Assembly (NCBI RefSeq): GCF_009914755.1
Contig: NC_060940.1
Reading direction: 5' to 3' (one strand)
Source: the human T2T-CHM13v2.0 reference genome, Homo sapiens
DNA length: 64,000 nt
Under the pieces are notes generated by a model. The model had not been told where the DNA came from and did no database searches. It saw nothing but the letters and a program-made list of their open reading frames with translations. Below, piece by piece: positions 1 to 23,926 of this stretch. The stretch's first letter is position 1; each line of letters begins with the position of its first letter. Made by a program: the position numbers and the translations under genes.

Positions 1-260
1 CAGAAGCTCCAGAGGCCTGCACTTGTGACCACTGTCTGGGGGAAGAGAGGGTATCCTTGAGGACTGAGCCCTCAACCTGTGGGATCTGACGCTATCTCCC
101 GGTAGGGGATGTCGGAACTGAACTGCAGGACACCCAGCTGGCATCCACTGCTCACTGGTAGGGAACCCAGCTGCCCGCTTTTGATCACAGAAGTCTTCAG
201 TGTTGTTTGCTGTGGTGTGAGAGCAGAGGAAATACAATTTGAGAGTTTTTCCCCAAACAG
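1..260 (+). mobile_element. MER21-family LTR, 3' part
   Basis: gactgagccctcaacctgtgggatctgacgctatctcc...gacacccagctgg...cacagaagtcttc resembles the MER21 consensus 3' end (from memory). Confidence 0.7.
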
Positions 261-877
261 CCACTCAGCATGGAGGCTTTTGGCTTGACTAATTTTTGGT
301 AAATTGACCTATAGCCCTTTTCACATCCCCACCAGGTAAGACTCTGTGGCCTATAGGATAATGTTCAGACGTGTGAGCCTCGCATTCAGGATTCCCCATT
401 AGTGCCCTCATCTTCCACTGTATGTTCCCCCAACCGGCCCGCACATACACGGCATGCACCCTGTTCTCAGCCCATAACTCACAGGGCGCCCCCCCCACCT
501 CCCCTCCAGGCAGTGCTGCACTAGAGCCGGCTCTCAGGTGCACGGGAGTCCTGAGTGCCTCTCCTTCCAACTCCACCTTCAGTGATATCATCTTGGTAGT
601 GTGTAATTAGCAAACCCTGGCAAAGATTACAAATCAAACCCATCCCCTCTCACTCCCCACTCCCCCAGGCTGGTGCTGAAGCATTTGCCAGCATAGCAGC
701 ATTGCCTGCAGACAGCAAATCCTGTCCACCAGTCCCTGCCAACCGCTCAGAAAAGCCTTCCCAGATTTCAGGGGTGTCCAATAATTGCTTCTTTCTTGGT
801 GTTCACAATGTGTCCCTGCAAATGCTCATTTGGCAGCGGGCCATCAGGTATTTGAGAGTGTACTGCATACACCAGCA

Positions 878-1123
878 TGTGCATTCTCAGTGAAGACAAT
901 ATTGCCCCATGGGGGACAAACATTGGTTCTTGGGGGACAAAACAACCTTAGCTATTGCAATGGTTTGTGGCTCTCCAAAGGGCCACAGCACATAAACAGA
1001 TACACAGTACATCAGTGGTATTAAATTTCATGGCATAGGGGGACTAGGCAATTGGGGAAATAAAGTCAAAAAGGGCTCACTACAGGGCAGGCAGCGATAA
1101 TGAAATAGGTTGAGAAACACTGC
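878..1123 (-). mobile_element. hAT-Charlie MITE (MER112-like)
   Basis: Ends gcattctca... / ...ttgagaaacactg; internal tttgtggctctccaaagggccacagcacataaacagata. Confidence 0.6.
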
Positions 1124-1578
1124 CCTAGTGTATACAACGTGCAAGCATGTGGGAGGCATCTGAATTTTATAGCACATTACCAGGGAAAATACTAAGCAAT
1201 TTGCTAACATGATAGATTGAATGTGATTTTTTTTCTGTTCATGAACTACAATACACTGTGTGATAGAGACCCTGTCTCGTGGGATGATGTGAAATTCCTC
1301 CTGCGGTTACACTAGCAGCACATGGGGCACTGAAAATGCATCATCACACTGCAAATGGGTAATGTTTACACTTCAACCAGTGGAGGAGTGACCAGGAAGA
1401 CCAGCACTGAGGGTGTACGTGCTGCTTGGGAGGCAGGTGCTGGAAGGCAGAGCTGAGCTCAGGCGCGCGGCTCTGCATCCAGGGGCGATGCTGTGTTTCC
1501 TTCCACTCGTGGATGTGATAGAGGGTACCGCGTGGCCATGAAATAACAAAACTACTTCTGCATGGAAAACAGCCATCA

Positions 1579-2317
<739 letters not shown>

Positions 2318-2499
2318 CTACTGCCATGTTTACGAACTGAGGATGCCTGAAGGTTTAGGGGAAGCCTTCCCAAATGCCAAGGGTCTGCTACTACCACTGC
2401 CAAGAACCCACACCACTGGGCATGCATGCCGTGGGCAGGAGCTCTCCAGGCGCACAGTATTCAGCACACATGTGACTGGACTTCACAGCACCTATCTGT

Positions 2500-3768
<1,269 letters not shown>

Positions 3769-4018
3769 TGACAGGTGGAGTGAAGTTCAGTTAATTCCAT
3801 AGCCTTTTAGGAAGAAGCAGAGCCCACAGCACAAAGCCAGCCCATGCAAGAGCAACAAGGCCTGTCTGCAAGTCAAAGGCCACCAGCTTCTGCACACAAG
3901 AGCTTTCTTGCATCAGTTCCAAAACTCAAGCATTAGCTGGGTCAGGAGTAACCATGCCCAGAGAGCCACAAAGAGTCCCAAGGAATTTTGTTAAGGTATC
4001 TAAATAAAACCCCCTTAC

Positions 4019-4089
4019 CTTCTGGCCAGCCCAAAGTCAATGATCTTAATTTGATGTCCTGTCTGATTGACGCACAATATGTTCTCCGG
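4019..4089 (-). CDS. MYLK3: MYLK3 coding exon 9 (PENILCVNQTGHQIKIIDFGLARR); gene continues beyond the left edge
   Basis: PEN and DFG motifs; acceptor ctttcccag|CCG, donor AAG|GTAAGG; 71 nt, phase 0 to 2. Confidence 0.96.
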
Positions 4090-4441
4090 CTGGGAAAGAA
4101 AGAAGTCTGCTTAGCCCAAGCAATAGCTGAGGAGGTCTGCAGCTGCCACACTTGTCTATAGGCCTCTGTTTTCCAGCCTTCAAGGGACATGAATGGGTCA
4201 GGGCAGCCCTGCAAGGGCTGGATAGATAATGGAAATACATGAAGGGGCTGGTGAGACAATAAGGATTGGTGTAGAGTGTGGGGAACTGGAGGCTCCCAGC
4301 TTGTGTAAAGGGACAGCACTACCCAGTACCAGACACTGGTCACCATGTAGGAGTGCAGACACAATGCCAGAGTTTTTCAGTCCTCAAGAGAAGCCGGGAA
4401 TTCAGGGGTGTTTTGTTTGGTCAGTTTTGTTTTTAATTTAA

Positions 4442-4582
<141 letters not shown>

Positions 4583-4694
4583 TGAAAATTCCATGCTTTT
4601 AAATGTTAACAACTAAACGAAATCTAAACTCACGTCTCAGAACCCAACAGAATACCTCTGTGATATATAATTGGCCCATGAGCTGCTTGTATGG

Positions 4695-4875
4695 GGCTGG
4701 GTTCCCAACCCTGGCTGTACATTGGAATCATCAGGGGAGCTTTTAAAATCCCAATGTTATACTGGAATGCTAAGAGAATTAAAAAAAGAAGAAAAAGAAA
4801 AAGTCCCAGTGCCGAGGCCTCAATCCTGACCAATTACATCAGAACCTCTGGGGTGAGACCAAAGCATCACTGGTT
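4695..4875 (+). mobile_element. MER5A-like hAT-Charlie remnant
   Basis: caaccctggctgtacattggaatcatcaggggagctttttaaaa...ccaattacatcagaacctctggggtg. Confidence 0.55.
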
Positions 4876-5448
4876 GGTTAAGGAGAGCAGAGCTGCTGAA
4901 TGTCCACCTGCCATTCTGCAGTGACAGCTGTGGCCCATGGCATGAGGGTGGCAGCCTTGGCACGCCTCTCCTCTTAGGGCATTTGGATCAGCTCTGAGGC
5001 CCTGAGGGAGTCTGGAAGGATGCTCGCTGCTCATGCATGACAAATTTGGGGGTATGTGTGTTGGGGGCTTGGGGAGAGAAGCTGAGTGAAGATGTAGGGC
5101 TTATGATAGACAGGACTTGCAGACCCAGGGTCCAGTGCCTGAGGCCCAGGGGCTCATTACCTGGTTCTGTAGCCCGAGATGAGTCCCTCCCCATTCCTGA
5201 AGACTCAATGTCTCCATACGTAAAACGGGAGTAATAACCTCTTCCTGTCTGTCCCCCAGAGGGTGTGAGGATAAAATGACATAACATGCATGAAACACTT
5301 TACAGCTTCCAAAGCAAATGTCAGCTACTGTTTCTCCCAACAGAAGTTTTCATTGTTATTTATGTTACAATGGGGTTGTACAATTCCTCAGATAGGTGTG
5401 AGAGAATGGTGTTTAAAAATCTCTGTCTTCTATATAAGATCTAGAATA

Positions 5449-8750
<3,302 letters not shown>

Positions 8751-8751
8751 T

Positions 8752-9188
8752 GGTTTTTATTGCATTTGCTTTTGGGTTCTTGCTCATGAAATCCTTGCCT
8801 AAGCCAATGTCTAGAAGGATTTTTTCCAATGTTATCTTCTACAGTTTTTAGTTTCAGGCCTTAGATTTAAGTCCTTGATCCATCTTGAGTTGATTTTTGT
8901 ATAAGGTGAGAGATGAGGATCCAGTTTCATTCTCTTACATGTGGCTTGCCAATTATCCCAGCACCATTTGTTGAATAGGGTGTCATTTCTTCACTTGTTT
9001 TTGTTTGCTTTGTCAGTCAGTTGGCTGTAAGTATTAGGGTTTATTTCTGGGTTCTCGATTATGTTCCATTGGTCTATGTGCCTATTTTTATGCCAGTACC
9101 ATATACCACTCAGCGCCTATTATTATGCCAGTACCATATACTACTCAGCCATAAAAAGGAATGAATTAATGGCATTTGCAGCCATCTG
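8752..9188. mobile_element. L1PB-like fragment with internal inversion (antisense 8752-~9100, sense ~9135-9188)
   Basis: ttgcctaagccaatgtctagaag...ggatccagtttcattct antisense ORF2, then sense tactactcagccataaaaaggaatgaa. Confidence 0.65.
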
Positions 9189-9560
9189 GGCTAGGTGTGG
9201 TGGCTCATGCCTGTAATCCCAGCACTTTGGGAGGCTGAGGCAGGATTGCTTGAGTCCAGGAGTTCAAGACCAGCCTGGGCAACATGGTGAAACCTTGTCT
9301 CTATACAAAATACAAAAATTAGCCAAGTGTGGTGGCACGTGCCTGTAGTCCTAGCTACTTGGGAGACTGAGGATCACTTAAGCCTGGGAGGTCCAGGCTG
9401 CAGTGAGATATGATGGCACCACTGCACTCCAGCCTGGGCAACAGAGAGAGGCCCTGTCTCCAAAAAAGAAAGAGAGGAGAGAGGAGAGAAGAGAGAGAGA
9501 GAGAGAAAAGAGAAAGAGAAAGAAAAAGAAAGTGAGAGAAAGAAAGAAAGAAGAAAGAAA

Positions 9561-9620
<60 letters not shown>

Positions 9621-9680
9621 AAAGAAAGAGAGAGAGAAAGAAAGAAAAGAAAGAGAGAGAGGGGGAGGGAGGGAGGGAAG
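9189..9680 (+). repeat. AluJ-like element followed by a purine-rich (GAAA)n/(GA)n microsatellite (~9465-9680)
   Basis: Alu consensus, then agaaagaaagaaag... tract. Confidence 0.9.
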
Positions 9681-10121
9681 AATGCATCTTAGGATCTCCT
9701 TTTGTGTGTCTGTGAGTCATGCCAGCTTGCTCACAGAGAAGTCCCTTCCGCACGGAGGGCTGGCGGGAAGAACTTTCACTGTGTATTTTACACACTACTC
9801 TGTTGTCTATAGTTGTTACCAAAAGCCTATGTTCCCTTTTGAACTTTTAAAAAAAGTAATCTTAAAGATATTTTTAAAGAAGAAAAGCTCATTGTTTCAC
9901 TTAATCTTCAAATAATACTTAAAGAGGTACCATTATCCAGATGGAAGAACTACAGCCCCAAGAGGCAGCAAGAGTGGCCTGTCCCAGACTCCAGAACTAC
10001 AAAATGACAGAGAGCCAGGAATGGAAGCTGGGACTGTCTGTGGATAGAGCTCTCAATGGTGAGAGCACGCCAGGAGCTAGGACACCAGGGGCCCCTACCG
10101 CATGCCCAGGGCAGAACCCAC

Positions 10122-10263
10122 CTTGAGGTCCAGGTGCAGGATGTAGTGCTGGTGCAGGTAATGCACACCCTCACAGATCTGCCTGGTGAACAGGACCACA
10201 TCCAGCTCAGTCAGGTGGTACTTCTCATCTGTGATCCGGTCGAAGAGCTCACCCCCGTCCACG
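10122..10263 (-). CDS. MYLK3: MYLK3 coding exon 8 (VDGGELFDRITDEKYHLTELDVVLFTRQICEGVHYLHQHYILHLDLK)
   Basis: GGELF and HLDLK catalytic-loop motifs; acceptor ctggcag|C, donor AAG|GTGGGT; 142 nt, phase 2 to 0. Confidence 0.96.
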
Positions 10264-10335
10264 CTGCCAGAGCAAAGGGAGAGGCAGGCACCAGCCTAAG
10301 CAAGGCTCTTCAGGGCTTGTCCACTGTCATTATAG

Positions 10336-11614
<1,279 letters not shown>

Positions 11615-11909
11615 GTTTCAATTTAATTTAATTTTCAAAAAATCACTGAAAGTAGTATAGGTCAATTGACATACATACACCTGCAGGTCAAATCAGGCTC
11701 ACTGGCCACTGGTTTGTGACAAAGTTGCTTTGTCCTCCACATTCCGTATTGGAGGTCAAATAGCCAAGCCAGAGAAGACAGGATGACACGACCCTGGACG
11801 TGCCAGGAAGGGGAAAGGAGAGAGAGGGCTTTGCCTCGAATGAAGGCTCTAAGCCCCAGCACTGAGCCCTGGCTTGAGCCGAGGCGGCCGCCCCGCCTCT
11901 GATACTCAC

Positions 11910-12019
11910 TACTCCATGACAAGGGTGCAGCTGTGCTTGCTCTCGAAGGCGTCATAGAGCTGGATCAGGTTCACGTGGCTGAGCTGGTTCATGATGTTGA
12001 TCTCGTTCTTCACGTCCTC
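11910..12019 (-). CDS. MYLK3: MYLK3 coding exon 7 (EDVKNEINIMNQLSHVNLIQLYDAFESKHSCTLVMEY)
   Basis: Kinase subdomains III-V; acceptor ccccaag|GAG, donor GTA|GTGAGT; 110 nt, phase 0 to 2. Confidence 0.96.
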
Positions 12020-12479
12020 CTTGGGGGAACCAGAGGACAGAAGGATTTCCAAGCGAATGAGTCAAGAAGAGGAGCCAGCTGACCTCCCAAGACAGACACA
12101 GAACTCCTCATTCTTCCTTAGTTTCCTATTCTCACACCAGGTCTCCCTGACTCAACACCCAAACCAGATTCTACAACACAAAGGGCCTGAGTGTGACCCA
12201 CTCATCTCACAGACAGGAAACCTAAGGCCCAACAAGGACAGGACCTTCTTGCCCCAGGCCCCACAGGCAGCTCTACAGAGCTGTGCCTGGACACCTGCGC
12301 ATGGAGGGTGGGTCTGGACCCAGGGCTGTGAAGGGGACTGCCTGACTGGAGGGTGGGAATTCTGGAAAAGAGCAGGAATAAGTAGCATTTCCAGCTCAGC
12401 ATGGGAGCCTGGGGGCCCTGAGGGAAGGAAAGGAATCCTGAGGCTGGCCACAGGGACCTGGCCCAGCCAGATGCCTCAC

Positions 12480-12573
12480 CCGGTCCTTGGCGCTCTTCAC
12501 TTTGATGATCTTGGCAGCCAGTGGGAGGCCTGTGGACTTCTCTGTGCACCTGTGGACCTGGCCAAACCGACCC
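12480..12573 (-). CDS. MYLK3: MYLK3 coding exon 6 (GRFGQVHRCTEKSTGLPLAAKIIKVKSAKDR), kinase G-loop and catalytic Lys
   Basis: In ORF 12396..12659; acceptor tctgcag|G, donor CGG|GTGAGG; 94 nt, phase 2 to 0. Confidence 0.96.
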
Positions 12574-12752
12574 CTGCAGAGACATAGCCACACGGCAGGC
12601 TGAGAGCCCAGAGGCTCATCCCACACCCATCCCTGGACTTCTGGGTCCAACTCATCCACACACAGGCCATGTGGACCATCCTACATCCCAGAGTGCAGCC
12701 TGTCATCACCCCAAAACCCTGCTGGCTATCCCGAAACCTGCAAAGCAACTCT

Positions 12753-13150
12753 TCACCCCACACCACCCAGGCCATTCCACATCCCAGGGAACATCCCCTC
12801 ATCCCTCACCACTGAGGCCATCCTGCACCCGAAGGAACATCCCCTTCACCCCACACCACCCAGGCCATCCTGCACCCCAGGGAACATCCCCTCACCCCAC
12901 ACCACCCAGGCCATCCTGCACCCCAGGGAACATCCCCTCACCCCACACCACCCAGGCCATCCTGCACCCCAGGGAACATCTCCTCACCCCACACCACTGA
13001 GGCCATCCTGCACCTGAAGGAACATCCCCCTCACCGCACACCACCTGGGCCATCCTGCACCCCAGGGAACATCCCCTCACCCCACACCACCTGGGCCATC
13101 TTGCATCCCAGGGAACATCCCCTCACCCCACACCACCTGGGCTATCCACC
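12753..13150. repeat. ~46-bp-unit minisatellite, about 8.5 copies, in intron 5
   Basis: Unit cccacaccacccaggccatcctgcaccccagggaacatcccctcac repeated with variants. Confidence 0.92.
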
Positions 13151-13478
13151 CTAAAGAAGCTTCTCCTCACCCCACCTCATGTCGGCTTTCCGGCCACCTC
13201 CAGGCTGTGCCTCCTCCCATACCCACAGGGTGCCCGCCCTCCTGAGCCTCCCCTCCCCGATGCCACGTAGGCTCTCGTGTCCTCTCAAGCTATTCTCTTT
13301 CCCCTACTCTGTGGGCCACCATGCACCCCATGCTGTACAGGATGTCCCACCCCAGCCTTGGCTCCATCAGCTCGAGAGAGAGTCATCCTGCAGCACCCAC
13401 CCCAGTTCTCCAGGTGGTCCCGACCCTGCCCCGTGACTCCTGCTCTAAGCCCCCCCACCAAGGCAGATGCCCACCTAC

Positions 13479-13584
13479 CCTCCCAAGACTTCGTGCTGGC
13501 ACACCTCGTAACCCGCAGAGATGGAGGTCTCCTTGACGCTCACTACCCGGTGTTCAAAAGGAGCTGGTGGGGCCGGACTGTCAT
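13479..13584 (-). CDS. MYLK3: MYLK3 coding exon 5 (DDSPAPPAPFEHRVVSVKETSISAGYEVCQHEVLGG)
   Basis: MLCK-typical PAPFxHRVV pre-kinase motif; acceptor gagcag|AT, donor AGG|GTAGGT; 106 nt, phase 1 to 2. Confidence 0.95.
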
Positions 13585-14693
13585 CTGCTCAGGAGGCAAT
13601 AAGGACCTGTGAGCCTCCTCTGTGCAGCCCACACCTCTCGGTCACCTGTGCCAGACCCACTTAGCTTCTCTTGGTCCACCAGGCCCTATGTACAGCCCTG
13701 GTATTTGAAACCTTTTCTCCAAACCATCTCAGTAGAGCCATCCATTCGGCAGAGAAGGGAGCCCGTGACAGACAGCACTCAAACCCAGGTCTCCCGGCAC
13801 CCAGGACAGTGCCCTTGGCAAGGCCGAGAAGTTCTATCCAGTCTGTTCATGACATCTAGAAGGTGATCCTAGTGGATCTGTGTGGCCCACAGGAAACAGA
13901 GGGCCCATGTGGACAAGGTGATGGGGCAGTTAGTGACGCCACTATTTTTAAAGGGACTGTAAAGTCAGGGCTGTGGAAACTCATGAGGGTGTTATGAGAG
14001 GGAGGCAGCTGGAGAAATAAACATCCACCCTCTCTCCTCTCACCCTCCATCTCCTGCCAGCTGAGCCCAACCAGAAGCTCAGCATGACAGCCCGTGATGG
14101 AGCCAGAGGGGCAGGCCCCAGGGCACAGGATTGGGGAGGGGGTGGACAGGGGATCTGTCGGCAAGGGAAATAGAGGACGGCCAGCACTTGGAAAGGTTTG
14201 CTTGTTTGTTTGTTTTTTAATGGTTTAGGGTTGTTTTATTTTAATCTTGTCCTTCAGAGGTGATATGAATACCTAGAAATGTTACAGGAAATAGACTAAA
14301 TGAATAAAACAGAATCTAGAACACACAGCAAGTGCAGTGGTATGAACCGGTTGTGCACCAAGGGCTGGAAGGAAGTTGGCTCGGGCTAGCGTTTGTTCAG
14401 TGCTCGCCATGGGAGCACTTTGCCTGCTCTCCAACTACCGGGAACACCGACAGTGGTCCGTGGACAATTCTCAGACCAAGGAGGGTGTGACCCTAGGGCT
14501 GGAGGGGTTGAGGGCTTTTAGATCATAAGAACACACCCTGGGTCACTAGCCCGGGTGGGTGGGAATGGCTGACAGTGGTCACAGACACCAATTCATGTCT
14601 TCGCTTTTTAACAGAGCCTTCTCTCTCTCAATCCAAAATGAGACTCATGGTGGCAAGCTCAGGTGGGCAGGTGGCGGTAAGAAATCTCTCCAG

Positions 14694-19196
<4,503 letters not shown>

Positions 19197-20269
19197 AGGA
19201 TCCTCTGCACAGGCAGCCATGGCCCGTCAGAGCTGATACTTGACTTCCAACCTATTTTCCTCAAAATACACCCATGTCTGAGGTGAGGAAGGGCAGGTAG
19301 TGATCTCCTGTCTTCCTGAGGCCGCTGCAGGTCTGCTGGGCCTGAATTCAGCCAAGGGTTGAAACTGAGATAGAGAACTTTTCTTCTCTGTCAGAATCTT
19401 TTGAGGCCCCTAACAACTTCATAGACAGTTCACCCCCAGCCCCAGATTCCACATTTAGTGTCCTGGTTCCGATCCCGGGATGCCTGCCAGGAACCCCTTC
19501 CTCCATCCTGCGAGGCCTCCTGGGAGGCTCCCATTTCCTCCTAGAACCAAGTCTGACAAATGATCTGGGCTTCTCTGCCTGTCACCACAGCAAACACAGA
19601 CACCAGATCCACTCCCTGAGCCAGGCTTGGGTTCTCCGTGACAGGTCAGGGCCACCCTAGGCAGGCGCAGAAGATGCTAGGAAACACCAGGTCCCTCCGA
19701 GAGAAGCCCGGGGCCACAGCGCCCTTCAGCAGGGCTGCCCTGGGGACCGGGACGTGCTGGGGAGGGCATGAGAGTCTGCGGGTTCTTTACTCTGCTACAG
19801 ACATCTGCCTGCCGAGAGCAGGTCCTCAGGCTGCGTTCTAGGGGCAGGGCAGCTGCCACGACTCCACCTCCAGGACTTCTGCGTGAGCCTGCTGAAAGCT
19901 CCTGGGGCTGACTCAGCCTGCACTCCTCTCACATTCCTGAGGGCCCTGTCCTTCTCTCCCCACCATATTATTTAGAACTTAATTAAATGCCGACTTGAGG
20001 AAGCAGGATGGTGCAGTGATTGGGGCACAGGTTCCGGAATCCGGTAACCCGGATTCAGATCCCAACTCTATGAATTCCTAGCTGTGGGGCCCTGGGCACT
20101 GGGAGCCTAAGTATTCTCATCAATGAAATGGGGATAACAACCACATTCACCTTCTGTGGATGGCTTGAGAATAGAAGGTGAACCCGGTGAAATGCCCAGC
20201 CAATGGCCAGCTCAGGGGCAGGTGCTCCGTGAGCCCCATCTTTTAGCTACTGTTAGTACTGATCTAAGA

Positions 20270-20440
20270 GCTAGTGATTCTCAACCCTGTTCCCCATTAG
20301 GACCACCTGGGAAGCATGTAAAAAAGAAAAATCTAATTCCTGAGACTCACTCCAGACCAATTCAATCAACATCTCCAGGCATCTTTATTTTCCAAACTCC
20401 CCCCAGTTATTTCTAGTGGGCAGCCGGTGAGCACTGGTAC
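20270..20440 (+). mobile_element. MER5A-like DNA transposon next to a MIR (~20005-20240)
   Basis: tagtgattctcaaccctg...cacctgggaagc...ccagaccaattcaatca; MIR core ctcatcaatgaaatggggataa. Confidence 0.55.
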
Positions 20441-20596
20441 TCTAAGCTCCCAGAGGCAGGGCCCAGGCCTCCTCCCCATTCCCCTCGCAAGAACAGCCCA
20501 GGAACATGTATGCAGTGGATGCTGCCCACGGCCGAGCTCCAGCGAGGGGCCACAGTCCATCCCCTCCCTCACCCAGCCTGGAAGAGCTCCCCTTAC

Positions 20597-21029
20597 CTTG
20601 GAGGTGTTTCTCCACCACTGTGGGTTGCCCTGGCCTGGGCTGGCAGCCCTGGAGGCCCTGGGCACTGAGGGCCAGGCCCTGGAGTCAGCCTCGTGCCTTC
20701 CTCTAAGGGCTCAGGGTCAGGCCTGCTGGACGATGCTCCTTGTCCTGCACCTGGTGCAACCTCCAGGCTCGGGGAGACCACATTGACCCTGCCGGGTGCT
20801 GGAGCCAATTCCAGGCCAGTCCTGAGGTTCTCGCTGGGTGTCTCAGGAGCCTTGGCTTCCACCTTTGTGGGCAGGGGCAGGTGGCCAGGGAATGCCTGGG
20901 CTGGGCCAGGAACACCATCTCCCTGGCCCGGTGAGACCACTGCCTGGGCGGGGTCAGCTCCCAGCCCTGACGCTCTGATGGGGGGCAGCCTCTCCGCTGT
21001 CCCCTCCAGCACGTCCGCCTTCTGGCTCT
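20597..21029 (-). CDS. MYLK3: MYLK3 coding exon 3 (ESQKADVLEG...GGETPPR)
   Basis: Within ORF 20593..21159; acceptor ttttcctgtag|AG, donor AAG|GTAAGG; 433 nt, phase 1 to 2. Confidence 0.95.
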
Positions 21030-21708
21030 CTACAGGAAAACAGGCAGGACAAAAATGCACTCCCATGTGGAGGAGTCTGCCACAAAGATACTGCAAGGAA
21101 TCTGCACAAGGCCATTCAGTGCTCAGGTTTATAATAGCCAAAGACTGGAAGCAACCCAAATGAAAGGGGCTGGTTGACTAAACCATGATGCATCCAACAA
21201 GGAGTGCGGCACAGCCGTGAAAAAGGAGAAATTAATATCTCTATGGAAGCCTGGGCAACACAATGAAAGCTTGCCTCTACTAAAAATAAACATTTTTAAA
21301 TGAGTTGGGCATGGTCACATGTGCCTGCAATCCCAGCTACTTGGGAGGCTGAGGCAGGAGGATTGAGCACAGTAGATAGAGGCTGCAGTGAGCCATATTC
21401 ACGCCACTTGCACTCCAGCCTGGGCAACAGAGTGAGACCCCATCTCAAAAAAACAATCTCTAAGCACAGCTAAGGAGTGATCTCTGAATATACTGTAAGT
21501 GAAAGAAAGCAAGGTGGAGAATGGTGTGTCTGGCATCCTGTTTCTCTAAGAAGGGAGCATGTGTGAGTGTGCATGTGTGCACATGTGCACATAACCACTG
21601 ATCATGTTGTCTAGTTAGACTGGACCTCAAGGGAAAGAAAAGACAAAAGTTTTTTAAATGGTTACTTACATATCAGGGGAGGAAGCAGGGTGCAGAGAAC
21701 AAAGGTAG

Positions 21709-21963
<255 letters not shown>

Positions 21964-22335
21964 TGATCTGCCCACCTCAGCCTCCCAAAGTGCTGGGATT
22001 ACAGGTGTGAGCCACCGTGCCCGGCCTCTTATTTTGAAGTAAAAAAAAATTTCGTAGTGATGGAGTCTCACTATGTTGCCCAGGCTGGTCTCAAACTCCT
22101 GGGCTCAAATGATACTCCTGCCTTGGCCTCCCAAATTGCTAGGATTACAGGAATGGACCATTGCACCTGGCCTCTAGACTTCTCTTAATACGCATTGTTT
22201 TGTCTATTTGACTTTGGAACCACATAAATATCATGCAAAATTATACAAGAAAATTAAAGGTTAAGAAAGTAATCCATAAACATTTAAAGCATTTGAGTAA
22301 CAAGTTGGTGGCATAGCCTGCACAGAAAGGTACTA

Positions 22336-22743
22336 CAGTTGGCCCTTGAGCAACACAGGTTTGAACTGCACGGGTTCACTTAGACGTAGATTTTCTTCCT
22401 CCTCTGCCACCAAGACAACAAGACCAACCCCTCATCTTCCTCATCCTCCTCAGCCTACTCAATGTGAAAATGACAAGAATGAAGACCCACTTCCACTGAA
22501 TGAATAGGGAATATATTTTATCTTCCTTGTGATCACCGTAATAACATTTTCTTTTCTTTAGCTTACTCTAAGAATACCATATTTAACAAGCATGTGTTAA
22601 TTGCTTATTTATGTTATCAGCAAGACTTCCAGTCAACAGTAGGCTATTAGTAGTTAAATTTTGGAAGATTCAAAAATTATACTTGAATTTTCAACTGTGC
22701 AGGAAGTCAGTTCCCCAACCCCGAGTTGTTCAAGGGTCAACTG
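22336..22743 (+). mobile_element. Tigger2a/MER28-type TcMar-Tigger element
   Basis: TIRs cagttggcccttgagcaac / gttgttcaagggtcaactg flanked by TA target duplications (22334-22335, 22744-22745). Confidence 0.85.
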
Positions 22744-22942
22744 TATTCCAGGTGGTTTTGAAATGCAGCAATTGACTATGTGTCTCTGGTGGGATATATA
22801 TGACAAAAAACCCTGCAAAAACAAGAAAAAAAGAAGCTTTGACAGTTGCCCAGGAATCATACTGTGGGCCGTGTTGTTGGGGCCTTTATTCTGAAGCTGT
22901 TGTGTCTGCAATGTTAGATAAAGCAAATGGGGTCCCACTCAC

Positions 22943-23033
22943 CTTCCCCAGGCTCCCTGGCATCAGACTGCAACCCACTGGTGCTCAGCACATGCTTTGG
23001 TTTTCCTCCCTCTTCTTCCACTCGCTCTTTATT
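22943..23033 (-). CDS. MYLK3: MYLK3 coding exon 2 (NKERVEEEGGKPKHVLSTSGLQSDAREPGE)
   Basis: Acceptor ttttag|AAT and donor AAG|GTGAGT; 91 nt, phase 0 to 1, joins exon 1 and exon 3 in frame. Confidence 0.95.
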
Positions 23034-23404
23034 CTAAAATAACAACCATAAAAAATGTCATCATTATCATCAACATTGCCATTCAGGCCACAGACATTTG
23101 TTTAGCACCTCCCCCTTGTTTAAGATAAGGGCATTTAGATTACTTCACACAGTCTCACAGTAACATTGGAGAGTAGATACTGCAATTATCACTTTAGAGA
23201 GAAGGACACTGAGGCCTTCCCAACGTCATAAAATTTAAAAGAGGAGGCGCCCAGCTTCACACCCAGAACCACCTTCTTTTCCAGGGCTTCACCATATTCC
23301 CCATAAGGGATGAACCCAGCCCCCGATACAGGGTTCAAAATAGGCTGGACCCCAAAGGACTTAGACTACAGATGCAAAATAATCATTTAAAAATATATAC
23401 ATAA

Positions 23405-23926
<522 letters not shown>

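Noticed and set aside
9355-9915. K/E/R-rich and F/L/S-rich ORFs (also 48746..49186)
   Set aside because: Translations of (GAAA)n microsatellites
12017-12022. AAG|GAG tandem (NAGNAG) acceptor at exon 7
   Set aside because: Distal GAG acceptors are rarely used; no further support from sequence
12753-13150. Regularly spaced repeats considered as a CRISPR-like array
   Set aside because: Eukaryotic head-to-tail minisatellite with no unique spacers
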